Assembly: GCA_963809895.1 (NCBI GenBank)
Contig: CAWELD010000010.1
Location: forward strand, 800,001 to 864,000
Reading direction: 5' to 3'
Length of the DNA: 64,000 nucleotides
Origin: an uncultured Gemmatimonadales bacterium
Lineage (GTDB): Bacteria > Gemmatimonadota > Gemmatimonadetes > Longimicrobiales > Gaopeijiaceae
Below are positions 40,354-50,068 of the stretch, piece by piece. Numbering within the stretch: the first letter of the stretch is position 1; each line of letters starts with the position of its first letter. Below the pieces are notes generated by a model, which had not been told where the DNA came from, searched no databases, and was given only the letters and a program-made list of their open reading frames with translations. The position numbers and the translations under genes are program-made.

Positions 40354-41348
40354 CACGGGCGAAGGCGGTACTGACGGCGTTGACGGCCGTGGGCGTCGCG
40401 TGGGCGTGCAACGACCCGGCGGAGCCCGAGGTGCTCACCGTGGATGCGACCGGCACGGTGGTGGGCGTGCTCTTTCAGGACTTCAACGGCAGCGGCCAGG
40501 CCGACGCGGGGGACAAGCCCGTGAAGGGTTGGGTCGTGCGCCTGGAGCAACCGGCCGGGGGCGTGCTGGCCTCGGCGACCACCGACACGGCGGGTGTGTT
40601 CGAGTTCACCGAGATTCCCGCCGGCGAGGCGGTGCTCCGGGTGGATCCGTCCATGTTGGGTGATTCGCTCGAGCTGTTCGGCGTGGCCCTGGATCCGTTC
40701 CTGCTCGCCAAGGACACCACCAGCGACCTGCGGCCCGGCGTGCGCTTCCTGACGTACGACCTCGCGGTGGTGCGCTCACTCCCCACGGGCCGCGTGATCT
40801 TCACGCAGGGCGTGGCGCTCAACTCTCTGGCCGGCGGACGCACGCTCCACCTCAAGGGTCCGGAAGGCTACCTCCGGGTCACCGACATTCTCTCGTTCGG
40901 GCTGCAGCCGGGGGACAGTGTGCGGGTGCGTGGGCGAACCGCGCTGGAGAACGGACAGACGGTGCTCACGGAGGGCGCCGTGTTCCTCGCGGGCTCGACG
41001 GGCCAGACGCCGGAGCCGGTGGTGCTGAGCACGGCGGCGGCCGACGGCGCCTCTTCGGGCGGCCTGGATGCGGCGCTGGTGGAGGTGCGGGACGCCGACA
41101 TCGTCTCGGTGACCGACGAGGACGAAGACGGCATTCGCGTGGTGATCGACGATGGGTCCGGCCCGGTGGTGCTTCGCTACGAAGCTCTCCTGGATCAGAA
41201 CCCCGCCTTGCTGGTGCCGGACTCCACGACCATCGAGCGGGCAAGGGGTCTGCTGGTGCCGTGGGACGACGCCGGTGACGTCCGTTGGGAGATCCGGCCG
41301 CGCACGAAATCCGACGTCAAGCTGGTGCAGCCGCCGCCTCCGGCGTAG
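40350..41348 (+). CDS. Lipoprotein with SdrD-B-like domain and OB-fold-like repeats
   Basis: Lipobox AWAC, GVLFQDFNGSGQADAGD, IDDGSG, EIRPRTKSDV. ATGA coupling. Confidence 0.75.
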   Translation: MTRAKAVLTALTAVGVAWACNDPAEPEVLTVDATGTVVGVLFQDFNGSGQADAGDKPVKGWVVRLEQPAGGVLASATTDTAGVFEFTEIPAGEAVLRVDPSMLGDSLELFGVALDPFLLAKDTTSDLRPGVRFLTYDLAVVRSLPTGRVIFTQGVALNSLAGGRTLHLKGPEGYLRVTDILSFGLQPGDSVRVRGRTALENGQTVLTEGAVFLAGSTGQTPEPVVLSTAAADGASSGGLDAALVEVRDADIVSVTDEDEDGIRVVIDDGSGPVVLRYEALLDQNPALLVPDSTTIERARGLLVPWDDAGDVRWEIRPRTKSDVKLVQPPPPA

Positions 41349-41363
41349 AGTAGGCCCCGCACG

Positions 41364-41385
41364 AGTGTTGCGACGCAACAACACT
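41364..41385. promoter_or_regulatory. Palindromic candidate enhancer site
   Basis: AGTGTTG-N8-CAACACT (TGT-N12-ACA). Confidence 0.5.
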
Positions 41386-41430
41386 TTCGTGCGGCGGCGC
41401 ACCGAGACGGGTCTTCCCCGCAAACAGATG

Positions 41431-41454
41431 AAGTCCTTGATTTTGCAAGGACTT
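41431..41454. promoter_or_regulatory. AT-rich palindromic IHF-like element, copy 2
   Basis: AAGTCCTTG-ATTTTG-CAAGGACTT, perfect 9-bp arms. Reverse strand AATCAAGGACTT resembles WATCAANNNNTT. Confidence 0.6.
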
Positions 41455-41503
41455 ACGGGGAGGGGCCACCGTTACCCGCCGGGCCGCGACACTTCGGTGG
41501 TCG

Positions 41504-41519
41504 CGGCCCGGCTCTTGCA
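41504..41519 (+). promoter_or_regulatory. Possible sigma54 promoter
   Basis: CGGCCC-GGCTC-TTGCA. Confidence 0.5.
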
Positions 41520-41532
41520 AAAGGATATTGGT

Positions 41533-42036
41533 GTGAGCGACTCGAAGCTTGTGTTGCCCGAGAAGGGCTCGTCCAAAGCGCGGCCGCCGAAGTCTGGAGA
41601 CGCGATTCGAACCTGGGCGATTCTGGGATGGGTCGGGCTCGCATTCCTGGTGGTGGGCGGCGCTGATTTCGCCCTCACCTGGTACCCGATGGACTTCGGG
41701 AACCGCGAGTGGGAGTTCGGCACGGTGACTGCGAGCTTCAATGGATTGCCGATTCTTGTACTGGGGTTGGGGCTGCTGCTCACATCCTCTCTCCAGACAG
41801 GTCGTCGGTGGTGGTCGCTCCTGGCGGCCCTCGGGGCGTTCGTGCTTGCCCTCTGGATCGTCGTGGGTGTGGTGCTCTGGGCGACGAACGTGCCTCTGGC
41901 GCTGTCGTCGGTCCCGCCGGACGTGATGATCGGCATGAAGAAGTCGATCGCCAAGACGGTGGTCCAGAGCGTGACGTACCCAGTGGTGCTCACCTACCTG
42001 GGTGTGCGGTCGGTGAAGGCCCTGCGGGGCGGTTGA
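41533..42036 (+). CDS. 4-TM membrane protein, HpsJ-like; paralog of 1463..1972
   Basis: DFALTWYPMDFGNREWEFGTV...KKSIAKT; four hydrophobic segments. Confidence 0.75.
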   Translation: MSDSKLVLPEKGSSKARPPKSGDAIRTWAILGWVGLAFLVVGGADFALTWYPMDFGNREWEFGTVTASFNGLPILVLGLGLLLTSSLQTGRRWWSLLAALGAFVLALWIVVGVVLWATNVPLALSSVPPDVMIGMKKSIAKTVVQSVTYPVVLTYLGVRSVKALRGG

Positions 42037-42084
42037 GTTCGGCGGATTGCCGGACTCGGAGAAACATCTGAGACGGAGAGAGAG

Positions 42085-42787
42085 ATGAGAAGCCTGAAGG
42101 GAGTGGTGGTCGCAGCGGCCGTTCTGGCCGCTTGGGCCACACCGGCGAGGGCGGACTGGCTGAACGGTGCCGCATGCGGCGGCACGTCGTTCGCCACGTG
42201 CGCCTCCGTAGCGTTGGTGACCGGATCGAACGCCACGGGCACGACGATCCAGATCACCGTGACGAATCTGGGCGCCAACGGCATGGCCGGATACTACAAC
42301 TCGATTTTCACGTCCGTGGGGCTGGTCAATCTGCCCGCTGGCGTGGTGCCGAGCGCGGCTCGCCACCGGATCAGGTGGCAACGGGAGCAATTGGGCCTCC
42401 TGGGACGGCCCGCCGCCGAACGACCTGAACGGCTTGCCGGCGGACACGTACGGCATGCGTGCGCCCCCGTCGCCGGTTGCGAATGGTCTACAGCTCACTC
42501 AGACCATCAGCTTCACCTTCCAGTTCACGGGTACGGTAAGCGCTGAGAATCTGGCCCAGATCGGGGTCGGGATCCACGGCCAGTCCGGTCCGAATGGCTG
42601 CTCGACGAAGATGGCCGTGATCAACGGACAGGTGACCACGACCGGTCCCTACGATCCCAACTGCAGTTCCAACGTCGTGCCCGAGCCCATCACCATGGTG
42701 CTCCTGGGCACGGGCCTGGCCGGTGTCGCCGGCGTGGCCCGCCGCCGTCGGAACGGCCTCGAGATCGAGGACGAGTCGGAAGCCTGA
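42085..42787 (+). CDS. PEP-CTERM sorting domain protein 2, frameshifted near 42355
   Basis: GGAG RBS, signal peptide ending ARA, S/T/G/N-rich body. C-terminus VPEPITMVLLGTGLAGVAGVARRRR lies in the +1 frame. Confidence 0.9.
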
Positions 42788-42901
42788 CGCGACATCTCTC
42801 TCCGTCGCAGTGCCGCGGGGTCCCGGTCATCGGCCGGGGCCCCGTCGGTGCGCCCGGGGGTTGAGACCCCCACATTCCCCCATTAGCTTTCCGGGCTCCC
42901 G

Positions 42902-42975
<74 letters not shown>

Positions 42976-42991
42976 TTCGGTGAAACGCAAC

Positions 42992-43021
42992 GCCCCGCCT
43001 GGCATCTTTGCCGGGCGGGGC
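42992..43021 (+). terminator. Hairpin terminator after tRNA
   Basis: GCCCCGCCTGGCA-TCTT-TGCCGGGCGGGGC followed by TTGCTGTT. Confidence 0.65.
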
Positions 43022-43252
43022 TTGCTGTTGGAGCCCTGCACTATCCGTTGTTTCGGTTGTGTCGGCCTCGCCAGGGGGCGACCGCGCTCGGTCAGCTTCA
43101 GCCCCTCGCCCCTCGATGTAGACGTCCACCTTCCTTCCCAGTACGTAGTTGCGATCCGTGTCGATCTTGCCCCGCGCGGTTGCACAGGCCACCCTCATGC
43201 TCCGCCGTGAAGGACGGACTACCGAGCGGCTACGTCGAGAGAGGACTGGAAT

Positions 43253-45805
43253 ATGGCAGTGTCGCCGATTGCGCTACTGAACGCGGCGCTCGGAGGCCGC
43301 TACTCGATCGAGCAGGAGCTCGGCCAGGGCGGTATGGCCACTGTGTACCTGGCGGACGACCTCAGGCACGAACGCAAGGTTGCGCTCAAGTTGCTCAAGC
43401 CGGAACTCGCCGCCGTCGTGGGTGCAGAGCGTTTCCTGGCCGAAATCAAGACCACGGCGAATCTGCAGCACCCGCACATCCTTCCACTGTTCGATTCGGG
43501 GGAGGTCGACGGCTTCCTCTACTACGTAATGCCGTACGTGGAAGGCGAGTCGCTCCGGGACCGGCTGGATCGGGAGCGCCAGCTGCCGGTGGACGATGCC
43601 GTCAGGATCGCCCACAACCTTGCCGAGGCGTTGGACTACGCCCACCGGAAGGGTGTGATCCACAGGGACATCAAGCCGGCCAACGTGCTGCTGATCGATG
43701 GAAAGCCGGTCATCTCCGATTTCGGCATCGCGCTGGCCGTGGGGGCCGCGGGCGGTGGGCGGCTGACGGAGACCGGTCTCAGCCTGGGGACGCCGCACTA
43801 CATGAGCCCCGAGCAGGCGACCGGCGAGGCGCATGTGGGTCCTCCGGCCGACATCTACGCGCTGGGCTGTGTGCTGTACGAGATAATCGTCGGGAATCCG
43901 CCCCACGTCGGCACCACCGCGCAGGCCGTGCTCGCAAGGATCATTACCGAAGACCCGGCCCCGTTGACACAAGGACGGAAGTCGGTTCCGGCCAACGTGG
44001 ACGCGGCGGTCCGGAAGGCGCTGGAGAAGGTGCCCGCTGACCGGTTCGCATCAGCCGCCGGTTTCGCGAAGGCACTGACGGATCCAGGGTTCCGCCATGG
44101 CGACGCCGAGGCGGAATCCTCCGCACCGCAGCGACGCGCCATGCAACTGCTGCCGTGGCTCGTGGCAGCCACCGGCGCCGCGCTGGGACTGTTCGGACTC
44201 CTGCGCGGACCGACGACGGTACCCACACCCGGCGCCCTGCGGTCGGACCTGCTGTTCCCCAACGATTCAGGACCCGCCGGTAGAGGACTCGCGTTCTCTC
44301 CCGATGGGACCGAGCTGGCGTACGTGAGTACCGTGGCACTCGACGGTGGCCGGATCTGGATTCGCTCTCTGGAGACGGGTGACCGCCGCGTTCTGCCGGG
44401 TACGGAAGGCGCCCTCGGACCGGTCTGGTCACAGGACGGCCGGATCGCGTTCAGGGTCGGCAGGGACGAGATCAAGATAGTACCCGCGGGCGGCGGACCC
44501 GTGACGACTGCGGCTCACGCTCTGGGGCGCCCCGCATGGACGTCGGATGGCACGCTCCTTTTCACCGACCGTGGCGCGTTGGCGAGTCTCTCGAGTGGGG
44601 GCCCGGACGTGACCATCGCCCTACCGGACAGTACCAGACTGGGTGGGTTTCTCCCAACACCGCTGCCCGACAGGCAGGCATTTCTGATCCAGCTCATTGG
44701 CCGTTCCGGCGGGATCTACGAGGGCACCGTCTCCGGCGCGTTCACTCGGGTTCATCCGGGGGGTGGAGATCCCCGGTTCGTCGATGGCTGGCTTGTCTTC
44801 ACCCGCTCTGAGGACAGGGGTCGCGGGCTGTATGCTCAGCGCTTCGATCTCCGCTCGAAATCCGTGAGCGGCCCGGAAATTCCCCTGGCCACGGGCATCG
44901 CCACACCTCGGGGACGGGCCCAATTCGCAATCTCGGACCACACTCTCGTGTACGCGCCGCTGCAGGATGCGAGGAGTCCGGCGAAGTTATGGCGGAGCCG
45001 GGACGGGGAGGATCTGGGCGACACCGGAACGGATCCCGGCTGGATGTACGACCTCGCACGGGACGGATCGCAGATCGCGATCGGCGGCTGGGGGCTGTGG
45101 GTGCGCGATACCGACGGCGGGCCACCGCGCCGGATCGTGGCCGCCGGCGAGCAGGCCTACAATCCCCGCTGGTCCGATGATGCGCGCAAAGTGCTCTTCC
45201 GGGGCGGGGGTGGACTCCGGAGCATAGGGACCGCCACCGGGGATACCGCGATCCTGCTGCTGCGTGCTTCGGGCAATGATGTGACACGGCCGGTCGGCTG
45301 GGGACCGGACGGCGAGGTCCTGTTCATCGAAACGTCGCAGGATGGAACGTCTGCGCTCCGGGCTCTCGACGCCGGCGGTGCGGGCGACCCACGGACAGTG
45401 CAGCCTGGTGCGACAAACGCTCGCCTGTCTCGCGACGGTGTGTGGCTGGCATATACCGCTGAGGAAGACGACCGCCAGTCAGAGGTGTATCTTCGCGCAT
45501 ACCGCGGCGGGGGAGAGACAATTCAAGTATCGTCGGACGGCGGCATGTCTCCGTTCTGGGGTCCGCGCGGTGACGAGCTCTTCTTCGCGACCCCGGATGG
45601 CCAGGGCATGGTGTCGTCCCTTTCCTTCGATGGCGGGATCACCGCGTCCATTCCGACGGCGTTGCCCGTTGATATTCCGCTCGATCCAACGAGTCTCCCG
45701 GTGGCGGTGCACCCGGACGGGCGACTGCTCCTCGATCCGGCGGCCACCAGGGAGAGCCTTGCGGTGATTCGTGATTGGAAAGCACTCGCGGAACGCGGGT
45801 CATGA
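43253..45805 (+). CDS. Hanks-type Ser/Thr kinase with TM and TolB/PD40 beta-propeller
   Basis: LGQGGMATV, VALK, HRDIKPAN, DFG, GTPHYMSPE; FSPDG, WSQDG, LSRDG repeats. Confidence 0.95.
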   Translation: MAVSPIALLNAALGGRYSIEQELGQGGMATVYLADDLRHERKVALKLLKPELAAVVGAERFLAEIKTTANLQHPHILPLFDSGEVDGFLYYVMPYVEGESLRDRLDRERQLPVDDAVRIAHNLAEALDYAHRKGVIHRDIKPANVLLIDGKPVISDFGIALAVGAAGGGRLTETGLSLGTPHYMSPEQATGEAHVGPPADIYALGCVLYEIIVGNPPHVGTTAQAVLARIITEDPAPLTQGRKSVPANVDAAVRKALEKVPADRFASAAGFAKALTDPGFRHGDAEAESSAPQRRAMQLLPWLVAATGAALGLFGLLRGPTTVPTPGALRSDLLFPNDSGPAGRGLAFSPDGTELAYVSTVALDGGRIWIRSLETGDRRVLPGTEGALGPVWSQDGRIAFRVGRDEIKIVPAGGGPVTTAAHALGRPAWTSDGTLLFTDRGALASLSSGGPDVTIALPDSTRLGGFLPTPLPDRQAFLIQLIGRSGGIYEGTVSGAFTRVHPGGGDPRFVDGWLVFTRSEDRGRGLYAQRFDLRSKSVSGPEIPLATGIATPRGRAQFAISDHTLVYAPLQDARSPAKLWRSRDGEDLGDTGTDPGWMYDLARDGSQIAIGGWGLWVRDTDGGPPRRIVAAGEQAYNPRWSDDARKVLFRGGGGLRSIGTATGDTAILLLRASGNDVTRPVGWGPDGEVLFIETSQDGTSALRALDAGGAGDPRTVQPGATNARLSRDGVWLAYTAEEDDRQSEVYLRAYRGGGETIQVSSDGGMSPFWGPRGDELFFATPDGQGMVSSLSFDGGITASIPTALPVDIPLDPTSLPVAVHPDGRLLLDPAATRESLAVIRDWKALAERGS

Positions 45806-45944
45806 AGACCGACGAGCGCCGGCTCAAGGCTGCCGCGCCAACGGGCGCCCGACGCACTCTTCCGCGCCGGGCGCCCGCCTCGTCCACTGTCACTATCGGA
45901 TTCCGGCCTTCCGGACCCCCCGGGGTCGTGCCGGACTCCCCGTT

Positions 45945-47996
45945 CTACCAGATCTTCACCCGCTCGTCCGGCGCCCGCCACATCCCGTCGCCCTCCTTCA
46001 CGTCGAAGGCCTTGTAGAACGGCGCCAGGTTCGTGAGGGGGATGAACGCGCGGTAGTCGCCAGGGGAGTGGGGGTTGGTCATGAGCTGATTGCGCAGCGC
46101 CTCGTCGCGCATCTTGGTGCGCCACACCTGCGCCCATCCCATGTAGAAGCGCTGGTCGCCGGTGAACCCGTCGATGACCGGCGCCTCCTTGCCGTTCAGC
46201 GACATGTGATACGCCCGGTAGGCCACGGCCAGGCCCGACAGGTCGCCGATGTTCTCGCCCATGGTGAGCTGGCCGTTGATGTGCATCCCCGGCAACGGCT
46301 CGTACGACGCGTACTGGGCGCCCAGCATGTCGGTCTTGGCCTCGAAGGCCTGGGCGTCGGCGGCCGTCCACCAGTCGCGGAGGTTCCCGTCACCGTCCGA
46401 CTTCCGGCCCTGGTCGTCGAAGCCGTGGCTGATCTCGTGGCCGATGACGGCGCCGATGCCGCCGTAGTTCACCGCGTCGTCCGCCTCCACATTGAAGAAG
46501 GGCGGCTGGAGGATGGCGGCGGGGAACACGATCTCGTTGTTCACCGAATTGTAGTAGGCGTTCACTGTCTGGGGCGTCATGCCCCACCGGGTCCGGTCCA
46601 CCGGCCCGCCCAGGCGCCCGACCATGTCGTCGTACGCCCACGCGTTGGCCCGCATGACGTTGCCGACGAGGTCACCGGGCCGGACGTCGAGGTCGGAGTA
46701 GTCCTGCCACTTGTCGGGGTAGCCGATCTTCACGGTGAACTTGGCCAGCTTGGCCTGGGCCTCGGCCTTGGTGGCCGGGCTCATCCAGTCCAGGTCCTCG
46801 ATGCCGGCCTTGAAAGCCGCCAGCAGGTTCTTCACCAACTGGTCCATGCGCGCCTTGGCCTCGGGCTGGAAGTGGCGCTCCACGTAGAGCTGGCCCACGG
46901 CCTCACCCAGGGCGCCCTGGACCTCGCCGACGCCGCGCTTCCAGCGCGGACGCTGCTCCTGCTGCCCCGACAGGACCTTTCCATAGAAGTCGAAGTTCGC
47001 GTTCACATAAGGCGCCGGAAGCTCACCGGCATACCCGCTCAACAGCTTGGCCGTCAGGTACTCCCGCCACGTGGACACCGGCGTGGACGCGAGGATGCCG
47101 TCGAGGTTGTCCAGGTAGTCGGGCTGGCGAACCACAACGTTGTCGGCGGCGCCCATCCCGGCGCTGCCCAGGAACGTGGACCACGCGAAGTCGGGCATGC
47201 GGGCGTCCAGGTCGGCCACGCTCATCTTGTTGTAGGTGGCGTCCCGGTCCCGGTTCTTCGCCCGGTCCCACTGCACATCGGCGATCTTCGTCTCCAGGTC
47301 GACGATGCGCTGGGCCGCGCCGGCGGCGTCGGGCTGGTTGGCCAGCGACAGGATCTTCGTCAGGTAGTCGACGTAGGCGGCACGGAGCTGGACGAATTTC
47401 TCGTCCTGGTTCTCGTAGTAGCTCTTGTCCGGCAGTCCGAGCCCGGACTGGCCCACGCTGACGATGTAGGCGCTGGAGTTCTTCTGGTCCTGCCCCACGC
47501 CCACGCCCACGGGGCCGACCACGCCGTAGCGCTCCATGCGCGCCAGCACGTCGGGGAGCTGCGAGGACGACGTGAGTCCCTTGATGACGTCCATGGGCTC
47601 GGCCAGGGGCGCGATGCCCCTGGACTCGATGGTGGCCGAGTCCATGAAGGCCGCGTAGAAGTCACCCACCTTCTGCAGGTTGGTGCCGTGGGCCGCGTCG
47701 GCACTGGCCGCCTCTTCGACGATCTCCCGGATCCAGGCGTCGCTCTGCTCACGCAGGGCGTCGAAGGAGCCGAAGCTGGAACGGTCGGCCGGGATCTCGG
47801 TGCGGTCGATCCACTTCCCGTTCACGAAGCGGTTGAAGTCGTCCTGGGGCCGTACGCTCCGGTCGAAGCTGGTGGTGTCGATGCCCAGGGCGTGGCCAGG
47901 CTGCTGTGCGGCCCCAACCGAAGGCATCACGACGAGCATGAAAGCTGCGGAGGCGACGGCGAGAAGGCCGGGCATCCTGCGAAGTCGGGTGTACAT
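45945..47996 (-). CDS. M13 family metallopeptidase (PepO/neprilysin-like)
   Basis: Signal peptide, PQDDF..FVNGKW, VNAYY, HEISH, GENIGD, HSP, C-terminal VKIW. Confidence 0.97.
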   Translation of the reverse strand: MYTRLRRMPGLLAVASAAFMLVVMPSVGAAQQPGHALGIDTTSFDRSVRPQDDFNRFVNGKWIDRTEIPADRSSFGSFDALREQSDAWIREIVEEAASADAAHGTNLQKVGDFYAAFMDSATIESRGIAPLAEPMDVIKGLTSSSQLPDVLARMERYGVVGPVGVGVGQDQKNSSAYIVSVGQSGLGLPDKSYYENQDEKFVQLRAAYVDYLTKILSLANQPDAAGAAQRIVDLETKIADVQWDRAKNRDRDATYNKMSVADLDARMPDFAWSTFLGSAGMGAADNVVVRQPDYLDNLDGILASTPVSTWREYLTAKLLSGYAGELPAPYVNANFDFYGKVLSGQQEQRPRWKRGVGEVQGALGEAVGQLYVERHFQPEAKARMDQLVKNLLAAFKAGIEDLDWMSPATKAEAQAKLAKFTVKIGYPDKWQDYSDLDVRPGDLVGNVMRANAWAYDDMVGRLGGPVDRTRWGMTPQTVNAYYNSVNNEIVFPAAILQPPFFNVEADDAVNYGGIGAVIGHEISHGFDDQGRKSDGDGNLRDWWTAADAQAFEAKTDMLGAQYASYEPLPGMHINGQLTMGENIGDLSGLAVAYRAYHMSLNGKEAPVIDGFTGDQRFYMGWAQVWRTKMRDEALRNQLMTNPHSPGDYRAFIPLTNLAPFYKAFDVKEGDGMWRAPDERVKIW

Positions 47997-48164
47997 GGCA
48001 CGTTTCTCGGCGAGATGAGGAGCGATAGAACGGCGACGGGGCCGCCCACGCTTGGTTCGACCGGGTGGGGAGGGCGACCCGGCACGACGCGAACGATCCC
48101 TGGAATGTAGCACGTTGTGCGGTCCCTGAGACGGCGGGCCCCCGGCGGATCCGCGTCCAGGCCT

Positions 48165-48545
48165 TCAGGCGACGGCCTCGCCGGGCCTCGGCTCCCGGGC
48201 CTTCCAACCCATCCAGCCCAACACGGCCGCGGAGACGACGGCGTAGAGCCAGGTGGCGGCCGCCGGCCAGTTGGGTGCCGGAGCGGCCACGGTGGCCGCC
48301 AGCACGAAGACGGCCAGGAGCCACACTCCGGCTCCCCGGCCCACGCGTCCGGCGACCCAGCCGCCGCCCACGACCGCGAGCTGGCTCAGAAGGAAGTCCA
48401 GGACCAGGATGGGACCCTCGAGCACAGTGTCCGGAGGCGTCATCCTCGAGATGGCCAGCCCGGTCGCCAGGCTGATGAGCAGCATGGTGACGTATCCGGC
48501 CAGCAGTCCGCCAACCGCCTTGAGCGCTGTTCGTCCTACAGTCAC
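48165..48545 (-). CDS. Small membrane protein (4 TM)
   Basis: GAGG RBS before GTG; hydrophobic 126 aa. Confidence 0.65.
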   Translation of the reverse strand: MTVGRTALKAVGGLLAGYVTMLLISLATGLAISRMTPPDTVLEGPILVLDFLLSQLAVVGGGWVAGRVGRGAGVWLLAVFVLAATVAAPAPNWPAAATWLYAVVSAAVLGWMGWKAREPRPGEAVA

Positions 48546-48811
48546 GTTCGGTCCTCTTTTTTGGCCGCCGCTGCGTGGTGTCCAGTGTCGGTCACGCCAG
48601 ATGGTACGCGGTGCGAGTCCCCGTCTTTCGGAGAGGCGAGGCGGCGTCCAGCCGGTGCCCCCCTACCTGGCGGTGTGGCGCCGAGCAATCCCGGTGTTCG
48701 TTGGGGTATCCTTGACTCACCAATCCCCATCCACGCAGGCTACGGAGAGCGGCTGAGTCAGCGGTTGGAGTCCCTTCCCCCATCCGTCGACCCATCATCG
48801 GGGGAATTCGT

Positions 48812-50059
48812 ATGCATCGACTGATCGGCACCGTCGCCATCGCGCTTCTCGTGCCCACGGCCACCGCTGCCCAGGTGGATACCGTGCTGGCCCGCCAGTA
48901 CTTCGCCGAAGCCGATTCCGCATGTAGGGCCGCGGGCGATGCGGTGTGGGGCGTGTCGCTCTGTGGGCCGATGGTGTTCGCCGACGCGCGCACCGGAACC
49001 ATCGCGACCAGTCAGCCGGCCCCGGACGGCCCCCGGCCGCGCGTGCTCGGATTCGCCAATGCCGCCTGGAAGTGGGGCGACCAACGCTGGTCCACGTTCG
49101 TGTGGTCGCTGATCGCGCAGGACAGTCTTCCGATGCGCATCCGGCTGTTCATGCACGAGCTCTTCCATCGAGTGCAGCCGGATCTGGGGTTGCTCAACAC
49201 CGCCGCGCCGGACAACAGCCACCTCGACACCGAGATGGGGCGCTATTGGATGCGGCTCGAGTGGAGGGCTCTGGAGCGGGCGTTGTCGACCGGCGGTGGA
49301 GACCAGCAAGCGGCGATTGCCGACGCGCTGGGGTTCAGGGCGACCCGTCGAGCCCGCTTCGATGGATCCGCGGCGGCGGAACGCGCGTCGGAGATCAACG
49401 AGGGGCTGGCGCAATACACGGGCACGATCGCCGCGGGTGGCACGAGGGCTGGTGCCATCGCCGATGCCATCCGCCAACTCCACGACGTGATCGGGCAGGA
49501 GTCGTTCGTCAAGACATTCGCCTACCCGTCGGGGGCAGCCTACGGCCTGCTCCTGGACGCCTACGCGCCGGGCTGGACGCACCATGTCACCGCCGCCGAC
49601 GATCTCGGCACGATGCTGGCGCGAGCCGCCGCCGTGACCCCTTCGACGGATGTCGAGGAGGCCGCTCTCCGGTACGGGGGGCCTGAGTTGCGCGCTGCGG
49701 AGGCGAGTCGCGAGGCCCAGCGGCAAGCGCGCGTGGCGGAACTGCGGAAGCGGTTCGTGAACGGTCCTGTGGTGGTGATCCCTCGTGGGTCGGGGGCGTC
49801 GTTCACGACCCGGGGGGTTACACCGCTGGGGGATGCCGGAACGGTGTTTCCCAAGTTCCGCGTGAGCGGGTCCTGGGGGTCGCTCGAGGCGGAGCAGGTG
49901 TTGGTCTCGCCCGATCAATCCCTCCTCACCGTTCCCGGACCGCCCACGATCGCGGGCGATACGCTCACCGGCGATGGGTGGAAGGTGATCCTCGCGAGCG
50001 GATGGACGATCCGCGCCGAGGGGGATCGGTGGGTGGTGGTGGTGGAGCACGACCCGTGA
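48812..50059 (+). CDS. Secreted hypothetical protein with gluzincin motif
   Basis: Signal peptide, MHELFH, NEGLAQYT. Confidence 0.8.
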   Translation: MHRLIGTVAIALLVPTATAAQVDTVLARQYFAEADSACRAAGDAVWGVSLCGPMVFADARTGTIATSQPAPDGPRPRVLGFANAAWKWGDQRWSTFVWSLIAQDSLPMRIRLFMHELFHRVQPDLGLLNTAAPDNSHLDTEMGRYWMRLEWRALERALSTGGGDQQAAIADALGFRATRRARFDGSAAAERASEINEGLAQYTGTIAAGGTRAGAIADAIRQLHDVIGQESFVKTFAYPSGAAYGLLLDAYAPGWTHHVTAADDLGTMLARAAAVTPSTDVEEAALRYGGPELRAAEASREAQRQARVAELRKRFVNGPVVVIPRGSGASFTTRGVTPLGDAGTVFPKFRVSGSWGSLEAEQVLVSPDQSLLTVPGPPTIAGDTLTGDGWKVILASGWTIRAEGDRWVVVVEHDP

Positions 50060-50068
50060 GCAACGGGT

